33,344 bases of DNA. Origin: Planctomycetota bacterium. Its GTDB lineage: Bacteria > Planctomycetota > B15-G4 > SIAN01. The notes under the pieces were generated by a model. It was not told the origin of the DNA and made no database searches. It saw nothing but the letters and a program-made list of their open reading frames with translations. The DNA is taken from positions 1 through 33,344 of the forward strand of contig JANNXA010000002.1 in assembly GCA_031409275.1 (NCBI GenBank), in the 5' to 3' direction. Made by a program: the position numbers and the translations under genes. This document shows positions 1 through 7,270 of the stretch, one piece after another (positions within the stretch are counted from its first letter, which is position 1; each line of letters opens with the position of its first letter).

Positions 1-140
1 GTCATCCCCGGAGAAGCCCCGGCGGCCTCGATCCACGCCACGTCGGCCGGCCACAACGCTGCTCCAGCGATCTCCATCCCTCAGGATCTACCGATCGCCG
101 GGCGCCGTGTCCAGCGGGGGGACTTGTGGACGGTGGTCAG
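1..140 (-). mobile_element. Probable end of an IS4-family (IS50-group) insertion sequence extending off the left edge; possible transposase N-terminus starting at 77 on the minus strand
   Basis: The reverse complement of 122-140 is CTGACCACCGTCCACAAGT. It has the same length as the IS50/Tn5 outside end CTGACTCTTATACACAAGT and shares its CTGAC and CACAAGT termini. A minus-strand ATG at 77 opens MEIAGAALWPADVAWIEAAGASPGMT..., which runs off the edge. Confidence 0.45.
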
Positions 141-179
141 ACTCTCACGCCGGCCCGCAGGTTAAGGACGACGTTAGGT
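141..179 (+). repeat. Truncated attC site (right arm only)
   Basis: 156-178 CGCAGGTTAAGGACGACGTTAGG is identical to the right end of attC 815-913. The core site GTTAGGT is at 173-179. The left arm is absent, with the IS-like end in its place. Confidence 0.75.
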
Positions 180-239
180 GGACCAAGCCAAGGGTTGAGC
201 AACCCGTTTCATTCTGCCCAGAGATGGAGGCGACTTCGC

Positions 240-800
240 ATGGCGATGAAGAAGCTTGTGACCGGCACTATTCTATGTCTCACGGTGTCGGTCCTCGCGG
301 CATGCAGTTCCTCTAGTCAGCGTCTTGTTTCCATCCCATTGACATCGCCGATTCCGGTCGGAACGTCATGCGCCCTCGAAGTTGTCGGGAACCCACAGAC
401 GGACACCCTCGCGAACTCGACCTTGCAAGCTCTGCTCAACTCGATGTTGACTGGAACTGGGGTTTTTGGCCAAGTCGTGCAGAGTGGCGCGCCGGCAGAC
501 TATGCGCTTCGTATCGAGGTCCAGAAGTGCTCTCGCGTCTCGTCGACCTCGCGTTTCATGTTGGGTGTCTTCGCAGGCAGCAATGAAATTGCGGCCGTCG
601 TCGTGCTACGCGAGCTCGCGACTGGAAGCGTCGTCACATGCTTCAACGTCAATGGCTCGTCCGCAAGTCACCCGCTCTCGAATGAAAACGAATTCGACGA
701 CGCCCTGCGCGAAGCTGCCAATGAAATTTGCGCCGGCCTGAGAACGACTGCGGCAACGCAGCCTTCTCTTGCGAATCCGGGCCAACCACCATCCAAGTAG
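240..800 (+). CDS. Cassette 1: lipoprotein (DUF4410-like)
   Basis: GGAGG at 226-230 precedes ATG 240. MKK, a hydrophobic stretch and lipobox LAAC. The RFMLGVFAGSNEI..V.L...ATG.V segment resembles DUF4410 lipoproteins. Confidence 0.75.
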   Translation: MAMKKLVTGTILCLTVSVLAACSSSSQRLVSIPLTSPIPVGTSCALEVVGNPQTDTLANSTLQALLNSMLTGTGVFGQVVQSGAPADYALRIEVQKCSRVSSTSRFMLGVFAGSNEIAAVVVLRELATGSVVTCFNVNGSSASHPLSNENEFDDALREAANEICAGLRTTAATQPSLANPGQPPSK

Positions 801-814
801 CTTCTCATGTGGCC

Positions 815-913
815 ACCTAACATGCACTTGCAGCTGACGAAGTCGCCGATACGGTGGCGGGCGGTCGAACGGCGCCCAACCGGCGCCTTCGCAGGTTAAG
901 GACGACGTTAGGC
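815..913 (+). repeat. attC site (99 bp)
   Basis: Inverse core ACCTAAC 815-821, core GTTAGGC 907-913, internal imperfect inverted arms (CTGACGAAGTCGCCG / CGGCGCCTTCGCAG). Confidence 0.92.
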
Positions 914-965
914 GAACGTTGCGTATGCGGTTGCCCCGGTACTCCAGGTATCGAACGAGATCTCG

Positions 966-1400
966 ATGGCTTTCAATTTTCGAACGGTCAGGCTCGCAGC
1001 AGTAGGTGCTGGAGTTCTGTTACTCGCATGGCTGTACTTCGGGCCGCGGCACGATGTTCTTTACGCATCCAACGGCACTCGCGCGTGGTCTGGCTACCTC
1101 GTCAGAACCTGGAACCCAATCTTCACTGAAGTCGACCAGAACTTCGTTCGACACGGCGTATGGGAGTTCTGGTGGCCGAATGGAAATATGAAAGAGAGGG
1201 GTAAGTACTCCTTCGGCTGGAAGGAAGGGCGATGGACTTCATGGTGGCCCAATGGCGTGAAACAATCCGAAGGTTATTACGCCGACGGGGACAACGCGTC
1301 CGAGGAAGGACGTCGACAAGGTTGGTGGGATGACTGGAAGGAAGACGGTAAGCCAGACCAGCACAAGAGCGGTAACTACCATCATGGGTTCAAAAAATAG
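966..1400 (+). CDS. Cassette 2: membrane-anchored MORN-variant repeat protein (YwqK-like)
   Basis: N-terminal hydrophobic helix followed by repeats HGVWEFWWPNGNMKERGKY / EGRWTSWWPNGVKQSEGYY / QGWWDDWKEDGK. Confidence 0.8.
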   Translation: MAFNFRTVRLAAVGAGVLLLAWLYFGPRHDVLYASNGTRAWSGYLVRTWNPIFTEVDQNFVRHGVWEFWWPNGNMKERGKYSFGWKEGRWTSWWPNGVKQSEGYYADGDNASEEGRRQGWWDDWKEDGKPDQHKSGNYHHGFKK

Positions 1401-1500
1401 ATGCGACTCGCGAACTCAGTCGGGCGTGTACTCCTCAGGTAACTAAATTCACCCGCGATGGCGTTTCGGTGCATGCCAATCACCTCTGCAACTTGACGTC

Positions 1501-1599
1501 GCCTAACAAGCCCTTGAACCTGACGAAGTCGCCGTTACGGTAGTCGGCGATTGAACAGTTCCTGACCGGCGCCTTCGCAGGTTAAGGACGACGTTAGCC
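1501..1599 (+). repeat. attC site (99 bp)
   Basis: GCCTAAC 1501-1507 and GTTAGCC 1593-1599. Arms CTTGAACCTGACGAAGTCGCCG / CGGCGCCTTCGCAGGTTAAG pair, leaving two extrahelical bases. Confidence 0.93.
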
Positions 1600-1628
1600 C
1601 GATTAACAACTCGCGCGAGGATGACTGA

Positions 1629-2171
1629 ATGAGTGCGGATGACATTGCGTTCTGCGCAGTCTGCGGTGTATCAATCGGTCAGCGAGTATCAGCTGATGAG
1701 TCGCCGTTGTGTCAGGAATGTAGTGACGCAGCTATTGACAACGACGAAGCGGCATCTTCGGGAGTTGCTGACGACCACGAGACGGCAGGACAAATCGGCG
1801 CCGCAGCGCCGATGACAAGATCGCCCGGACGAAAACGAGTCATTCCGGGCCGCAGGCGGCACTCGATGAATGACGCGGCCGCTGAACGCACAGCGCATAA
1901 TCCGATGCGGCGCCCGGCTGTCGTTATCATTGTGATAGCTGGCGTTATATTGTTTCTTATTGTGTTTGGAGTGGTGCTTCGCGGTCCGCCAGCTGGCGCG
2001 ACGCTTCGAGTCAGGTACTATCAGAATGGCAGCCTCGTCAGTGAATGGTACGGAAGAAATTTGAATGACATGGGCAATGACATGTTTGACTTTGTTGATG
2101 CACGGACGGGTCTGAATGTCGCAATCTCGAAGACTGGTGCAGTAGTTGAGGTTCTAGCTGAATCAAAGTAA
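1629..2171 (+). CDS. Cassette 3: hypothetical membrane protein with N-terminal zinc ribbon
   Basis: GAGG upstream of ATG. CAVC...CQEC, acidic linker, transmembrane segment VVIIVIAGVILFLIVFGVVL, small C-terminal beta-rich domain. The ORF fills the cassette. Confidence 0.75.
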   Translation: MSADDIAFCAVCGVSIGQRVSADESPLCQECSDAAIDNDEAASSGVADDHETAGQIGAAAPMTRSPGRKRVIPGRRRHSMNDAAAERTAHNPMRRPAVVIIVIAGVILFLIVFGVVLRGPPAGATLRVRYYQNGSLVSEWYGRNLNDMGNDMFDFVDARTGLNVAISKTGAVVEVLAESK

Positions 2172-2199
2172 CCGGCATCAACACGGCGGTTGAAAGGCG

Positions 2200-2298
2200 G
2201 GATAACATGCGCTTGAACCTGACGAAGTCGCCGATACGGTGGTCGTTGATCGGTCTGTTCCTGACCGGCGCCTTCACAGGTGAAGGACGACGTTCGGC
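2200..2298 (+). repeat. attC site (99 bp), terminal and slightly degenerate
   Basis: GGATAAC 2200-2206 and GTTCGGC 2292-2298. Same arm sequences as the other two sites with a few substitutions. Confidence 0.88.
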
Positions 2299-2443
2299 GA
2301 ACCGGAGGTCCGCCCACTGACTCGGTCTACCGAAGCGGTTGAGTCTTGCCGCTCGAGTCGAGGGTCGCGTTGCAGCTGAGCCTCCTTCTTCCCGTAGTCG
2401 CCGCGGCGATTTGTGGGGCCAGAGTGGTGCGTCGCGACCGCTG

Positions 2444-2829
2444 CGCGTATTTCGAAATCGAACGGCCTCGGCTGAATCGCGCGCCGACTTGCCTCTAGAT
2501 CAGCTGCTTGGCGGATTCGTGCGATGGGAGGTCGGCCGCCAGTCCGAGGAATGCTCCGTGCGCGGCGTTCATGATGCGACGAGGACTTTGCTGCGGGTGG
2601 CGTCGCGACGGCTACGCCGCGAGGCGGTGGCAGTACGACAAGAGCCCGCCGATCCGCAAGTCGCGCAAGACTCGGCCGCTCTGGTTCCCGGCATCGACGC
2701 CCGGCGGTATGGGGTGGGGGGGAGAGTAGCGGCAGGGCTTTGGTGCCTGGCGAGCGTCGGGAGCCATTTGGATCGCGCCATCCTCACGCCCCAAGACGCG
2801 GTCGCGACCGATCGGTTGCACGCTACGGG
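2444..2829 (-). mobile_element. Degenerate internally deleted IS remnant (MITE-like), copy 1
   Basis: Ends are CGCGTATTTCGAAATCGAACG (2444-2464) and, as reverse complement ending at 2829, CCCGTAGCGTGCAACCGATCG. It retains a transposase-type C-terminus ...IGGLLSYCHRLAA* (stop at 2612) and is colinear with 24504-25009. Confidence 0.65.
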
Positions 2830-2830
2830 A

Positions 2831-2983
2831 GAACTCAACGTCGCGACGGCGATTCTCTCGACCATCAACGGCGGTGAGCAGAACTCGGCTGGCGGCTACG
2901 GATCGACGCTGGGCGGCGGCCGGAGCCGGTCGGTGATCGGGTTGGATGACTGGCTCGCGGGGACTCTGTTCGAAGACCAGTGA
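2831..2983 (+). pseudogene. 3' fragment of a Gly-rich repeat protein paralogous to 23467-24435
   Basis: ELNVATAILSTINGGEQNSAGGYGSTLGGGRSRSVIGLDDWLAGTLFEDQ* aligns by eye with DGNIANGLLSTVTGGSGNTASGTLSSVSGGLGRTATSDNDWVAGSLSEDQ*. It begins right at the mini-element end. Confidence 0.8.
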
Positions 2984-3182
2984 CCGACTCGGCACGGAGA
3001 GTCTTGCCCCTTCTGATTCGAAGGGACGAGCGTTTCACGCCGCGAGCGGCCGGCTCTTCGTCAACACGTCGAAGGACCGGCCGTGGTTCCGATCTACGGG
3101 GTGCCTACTTCAGCCGGTAATCCTCACGCTTCGGCTTCACGACGTCCGCCATCTCCTCGGGTCGCTGTGCCCGACGATCCGG

Positions 3183-3392
3183 TCACTCCGCCTCGGCCCA
3201 CACCCGCGGCGGCTCGTCGTCATCGACGTACTCGACGTGGATCACGTTCGGGTTGCAGCAGACGGGGCAGTCCTCGACGTACTCCTGCTCGTCGCCCGCG
3301 GAGCGATCGAGCGCGATCTCGATGGTCTCGCCGCAGCTTGGACAGGTGTAGGCAGTGCCTTCGCGACGACGGTTGTTCTTCCTTTGCCGCAT
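3183..3392 (-). CDS. CPXCG motif cysteine-rich small protein
   Basis: YTCPSCGETIEI..D.S.G..QEYVEDCPVCCNPN matches the Cys-rich CPXG family pattern. Confidence 0.85.
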   Translation of the reverse strand: MRQRKNNRRREGTAYTCPSCGETIEIALDRSAGDEQEYVEDCPVCCNPNVIHVEYVDDDEPPRVWAEAE

Positions 3393-3477
3393 TACCGGAG
3401 CTTACGTTTGGCTCTTCTGCGTTGCGCAGCAGAGGCGCGTCACGCTCAACGGTCACTGCTGCAAGTCGGTCGCTGAT

Positions 3478-4116
3478 TCACTCGCCCGCCCCGCGATGCT
3501 TCACGGCGTCGGCATCAATCCAGTCCGGCTCCTCGTAGCTCATCCCATTGCGCCCCGGCACCTTGCGCGTCGGTCCCGCCCTGTAGCGCGGGCACGCGAC
3601 CGGCCCGTAACAGAACGTCTCGAACCGGCACCGCTTCTTGCTCGGGTTCCAGTGGTCGACGACGATCTCGACCGCCATCATGCAGCCCCAGACGCACGTC
3701 GCGCACTTGCACTCGTAGGTCCGCGCGTCGAGCCGGCGATGGCCGCGTTCGAGGTAGGTGGGCAGAGGAACCGGAACCCCGAGCCATGGCGGCGCGTCGC
3801 CTCTCGTGTCGGGGTCGCGCGCGACGACCTTGAGCGTCGAGACCTTGTAGAACTCGGCGACTTCGGTCCGCGGGTCGGCGACCCGAAGGCTCTCACCCGC
3901 CAAACGGTCGCCAGCCCGGATCTGGTGCTTGGCCTGGGCCGCCTCGCCGATCGCGACGCTGAACGGCCGCTCGTCGCCGCCGATCGCTCCGGCGATTCGG
4001 AGGACGTAGCCCTGGTAGACGTGGCTGCGCTGGTCGAAGGATCGCAAGAGCCGGATGCGAGGCTGGATCGCGACGACCTGACCGCTCCAGGTGATCTTTG
4101 CGGACGGGGTGGCCAT
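3478..4116 (-). CDS. Hypothetical protein with Cys cluster (probable metal-binding)
   Basis: Reads as a globular protein from ATG 4116 (MATPSAKITWSG...) with high GC at third positions. Motifs CATCVWGC and FCYGPVACP. Confidence 0.75.
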   Translation of the reverse strand: MATPSAKITWSGQVVAIQPRIRLLRSFDQRSHVYQGYVLRIAGAIGGDERPFSVAIGEAAQAKHQIRAGDRLAGESLRVADPRTEVAEFYKVSTLKVVARDPDTRGDAPPWLGVPVPLPTYLERGHRRLDARTYECKCATCVWGCMMAVEIVVDHWNPSKKRCRFETFCYGPVACPRYRAGPTRKVPGRNGMSYEEPDWIDADAVKHRGAGE

Positions 4117-4367
4117 GGCGCTGCAGAGAGTAGACCGCGTCCCGTCGATCCCCATCGGTCCAGAGGTTGTCCACGGGGAGGTAACCCGAAGCCGGGCCAG
4201 CCCCTTTCCGCGCGCTTCGGCCTCACTGCTGGTCCAGAGAAGCTCCGCATCTCCCCGGGGATTCAGAGAAGGTAGGCTGCGGCCCGCGCGGCCAAGAGGG
4301 CGCACGCCACGCCGTCCAGCCACTATGAGCCCCCGCCTGCCCCGGGCGTTGATGTTGGCGAGGATTC

Positions 4368-7253
4368 GTGAACCTGACCGACTACCACGCCAAGCTCTTT
4401 GCCTACGAGCTGACGAAGCGCTGCGCGTCCGACAGCGCGGAGAAGCTGGCGACGGCACTGGCCGATGCACAGGTCGACCTCAATCCGCATCAGGTTGATG
4501 CGGCGCTGTTCGCGTTCCAGAGCCCGTTCTCAAAAGGGGCGATCCTCGCTGACGAGGTCGGCCTCGGGAAGACGATCGAGGCAGGTCTGCTGCTGGCGCA
4601 GAAGTGGGCGGAACGCAAGCGTCGGCTCCTCGTGATCCTTCCCGCGAACCTGCGCAAGCAATGGAGCCAGGAGCTCGCCGACAAGTTCCACCTGCCGTCG
4701 GTAATCCTTGAGACTGGCACGTTCAACGAGACGGTCCGCCGCGGAAACCTGAACCCCTTCCAGCAGGACGCGATCGTCCTTTGCTCCTATCAGTTCGTGC
4801 GGACGAAAGAGCCGTACGTTCGCCAGACCGCCTGGGACCTCATCGTGATCGACGAGGCGCACCGGTTGCGAAACGTCTACCGGGCGACAAGCAAGATCGC
4901 CGTCGCCGTCAAGCAGGCGATCGCACCCTTCCCGAAGGTGCTGCTGACCGCCACGCCGCTTCAGAACTCCCTGCTCGAGCTCTACGGCCTCGTCAGCATC
5001 GTCGACGACTTCGCCTTCGGTGACCTCGAGAGCTACAAGGCGCGCTTCTCGCGGCTCACGAGCAATGACGACTTCGCCGAGTTGAAGAGCCGCCTGAAGC
5101 CACTTTGCAAGCGGACGCTCCGTCGCCAGGTGCTCGAGTACATCAAGTACACGAACCGCCACGCAATCGTGCAGGAGTTCGTGCCATCTCCGGACGAGCA
5201 GCGCCTCTACGACCTAGTCTCGCAGTACCTGCAGCAGGAGAAGCTCTACGCGCTCCCGGCGAGTCAGCGCCAGCTGGTCACGCTGATCCTGCGCAAGCTC
5301 CTCGCGTCCTCGACGTACGCGATCGCCGGCACGCTCGACGGATTGGCGCAGCGTCTCGACGCGGCGGCCGCAGCCTCTGAAGCCGTCCAATCACCGCCCG
5401 CCGAGCTCCCGGAGAACCTCGAAACGTTTGACGAGCTTGCAGACGAATGGGACGAAGACACCGACGCGCCCGAGCAATCTGTCGGCCCGAAGCTCACGCC
5501 GGAGCAGCTGGCCGAGCTGAAGCGGGAGCGCGCGCAGCTCGGCGAGTTTCTCACGCTTGCGCGGTCGATTCTCAAGAACTCGAAGGGTGAGGTCCTGCTG
5601 ACGGCGCTGCGCCGCGCCTTCGCCGCGGCGACCGAAGCGCGAAAGGCGGGCGGTTCCTCGACACTGGGCCAGAAGGCGGTGATCTTCACTGAGTCGCGGC
5701 GCACGCAGGAGTACTTGTTCCAGCTCCTCGAACAGACCGAGTTCAAGGATCGGATCGTTCTGTTCAACGGGACGAACAGCCACCCCCGATCGAAGGCAAT
5801 CCTCGCGGGCTGGCTCGATAAGCACGCAGGCACCGACCGGATCAGCGGCTCGCCGAGCGCGAACATGCGCGCAGCCCTCGTCGACCACTTCCGCGACCAC
5901 GCCGCGATCATGATCGCCACGGAAGCGGCCGCTGAGGGACTGAACCTCCAGTTTTGCAACGTCGTCGTGAACTACGACCTGCCTTGGAATCCGCAGCGCA
6001 TCGAGCAACGCATCGGCCGCTGCCACCGCTACGGCCAGGAGTTCGACGTGGTCGTCGTCAACTTCCTGAACAACAGCAACGCCGCCGACGTGCGTGTCTA
6101 CCAGCTCCTCGACGAAAAGTTCCGCCTCTTCGACGGCATCTTCGGCGCGAGCGACGAGGTGCTCGGCGCGGTCGAGTCGGGCGTCGATTTCGAGAAGCGG
6201 ATCGCGGCGATCTATCAGCGCTGCCGCACGCCCGAGCAGATCCAATTCGACTTCGATCAGCTCCAGCTCGAGCTCGAAGCGAAGATCGCCGAGGGACAGC
6301 GCGACGCGCGCGAGAAGCTGCTCGACAACTTCGACCAGGAGGTCGTCGAGAAGGTGAAACTCCAAAGCCGCGACCTCCTCGACCGATTCCAAGAGCGGCT
6401 CTGGGCTGTCACGTGCCACCAACTCGCCGGCCACGCCGACGTTGACGACCGCACGCACAGCTTCCTGCTGCGCGACAATCCGTTCCCCAGTGAGACAATC
6501 CATCCCGGCCCCTACCGCATGGGGAAGGCGGTCGACGACGCGAACACCTACCGCATCGGCCATGCGCTCGCGCAACGCGTGCTGGCGAGCGCCGTCGAGA
6601 TCGCGACGCCGTCGGCCGAGCTGACGTTCCAGTTCCGGGAGAGCGGGAAGCGGATCGCGATCCTCGAACCGCTGGTCGGCAAGAGCGGCTGGCTGCTGGC
6701 GACCCGCATCACGGTGCAAGCGATCGAGGCCGAGGATCACCTCCTGCTGATCGCGGTCGCCGACGAGGGCACCACGCTCGACGAGTCGCAAAGCCGACGC
6801 CTCTTCGACCTTCCGGCCATCGCCGGCGCGCATCGCGACGCGCCTCCTGAAGTCGAGACTCGCTTGGCGGAGGCTAAGACGCGCCGACAGCGCGATCTCG
6901 TCGCGCAGCTCATGACGCGCAACGGCCGCTGGTTCGATGCGGAGGTCGCCAAGCTCGATCGCTGGTCGGAAGACCTGAAGCTCGGACTCGAACGGGAGCT
7001 GAAGGAGCTCGACGGCGACATCCGCGGCGCACGGCGGCAGATCGCGAGCACGGTCACTCTTGACGAGAAGCTCGCCGCGCAACGCGCGCTCAAAGGGCTG
7101 GAGCAGCAGCGGAACCACAAGCGGCGCGACCTCTTCGAGGCGCAGGATCAGATCGACGCGAAGCGCGAGGAGCTGATCGGCGGAATTGAGCGGCAGCTCG
7201 CCGCAAAGCAAGAGGACCAGCCGTTGTTCGTCGTACGCTGGACGCTTCGATAG
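4368..7253 (+). CDS. SNF2-family helicase/ATPase with C-terminal coiled coil
   Basis: LADEVGLGKT, DEAH, LTATPLQN, EGLNLQ, NYDLPWNP..IEQRIGRCHRYGQ. GTG start after GAGG. Confidence 0.95.
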   Translation: MNLTDYHAKLFAYELTKRCASDSAEKLATALADAQVDLNPHQVDAALFAFQSPFSKGAILADEVGLGKTIEAGLLLAQKWAERKRRLLVILPANLRKQWSQELADKFHLPSVILETGTFNETVRRGNLNPFQQDAIVLCSYQFVRTKEPYVRQTAWDLIVIDEAHRLRNVYRATSKIAVAVKQAIAPFPKVLLTATPLQNSLLELYGLVSIVDDFAFGDLESYKARFSRLTSNDDFAELKSRLKPLCKRTLRRQVLEYIKYTNRHAIVQEFVPSPDEQRLYDLVSQYLQQEKLYALPASQRQLVTLILRKLLASSTYAIAGTLDGLAQRLDAAAAASEAVQSPPAELPENLETFDELADEWDEDTDAPEQSVGPKLTPEQLAELKRERAQLGEFLTLARSILKNSKGEVLLTALRRAFAAATEARKAGGSSTLGQKAVIFTESRRTQEYLFQLLEQTEFKDRIVLFNGTNSHPRSKAILAGWLDKHAGTDRISGSPSANMRAALVDHFRDHAAIMIATEAAAEGLNLQFCNVVVNYDLPWNPQRIEQRIGRCHRYGQEFDVVVVNFLNNSNAADVRVYQLLDEKFRLFDGIFGASDEVLGAVESGVDFEKRIAAIYQRCRTPEQIQFDFDQLQLELEAKIAEGQRDAREKLLDNFDQEVVEKVKLQSRDLLDRFQERLWAVTCHQLAGHADVDDRTHSFLLRDNPFPSETIHPGPYRMGKAVDDANTYRIGHALAQRVLASAVEIATPSAELTFQFRESGKRIAILEPLVGKSGWLLATRITVQAIEAEDHLLLIAVADEGTTLDESQSRRLFDLPAIAGAHRDAPPEVETRLAEAKTRRQRDLVAQLMTRNGRWFDAEVAKLDRWSEDLKLGLERELKELDGDIRGARRQIASTVTLDEKLAAQRALKGLEQQRNHKRRDLFEAQDQIDAKREELIGGIERQLAAKQEDQPLFVVRWTLR

Positions 7254-7270
7254 AGCGCACGGGGAAGCTG

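Larger units (their letters stand above)
141..2298 (+). mobile_element. Integron gene-cassette array (3 cassettes: 174-907, 908-1593, 1594-2292); no intI in window
   Basis: Three co-oriented single ORFs, each followed by a 99-bp attC. Each cassette's 5' core site is complementary to its own inverse core site. Confidence 0.9.

Noticed and set aside
126..239. N-terminal extension of the cassette 1 ORF
   Set aside because: It runs through the IS end and half attC; the RBS and signal peptide place the start at 240 or 246.
815..2298. Regularly spaced repeats as a CRISPR array
   Set aside because: The repeats are 99 bp and separated by roughly 600-bp gene-containing segments, with attC core sites; no cas genes.
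2339..2983. 214-aa ORF as a real gene
   Set aside because: It is a chance read-through across the mini-element; only 2831-2983 resembles a protein.
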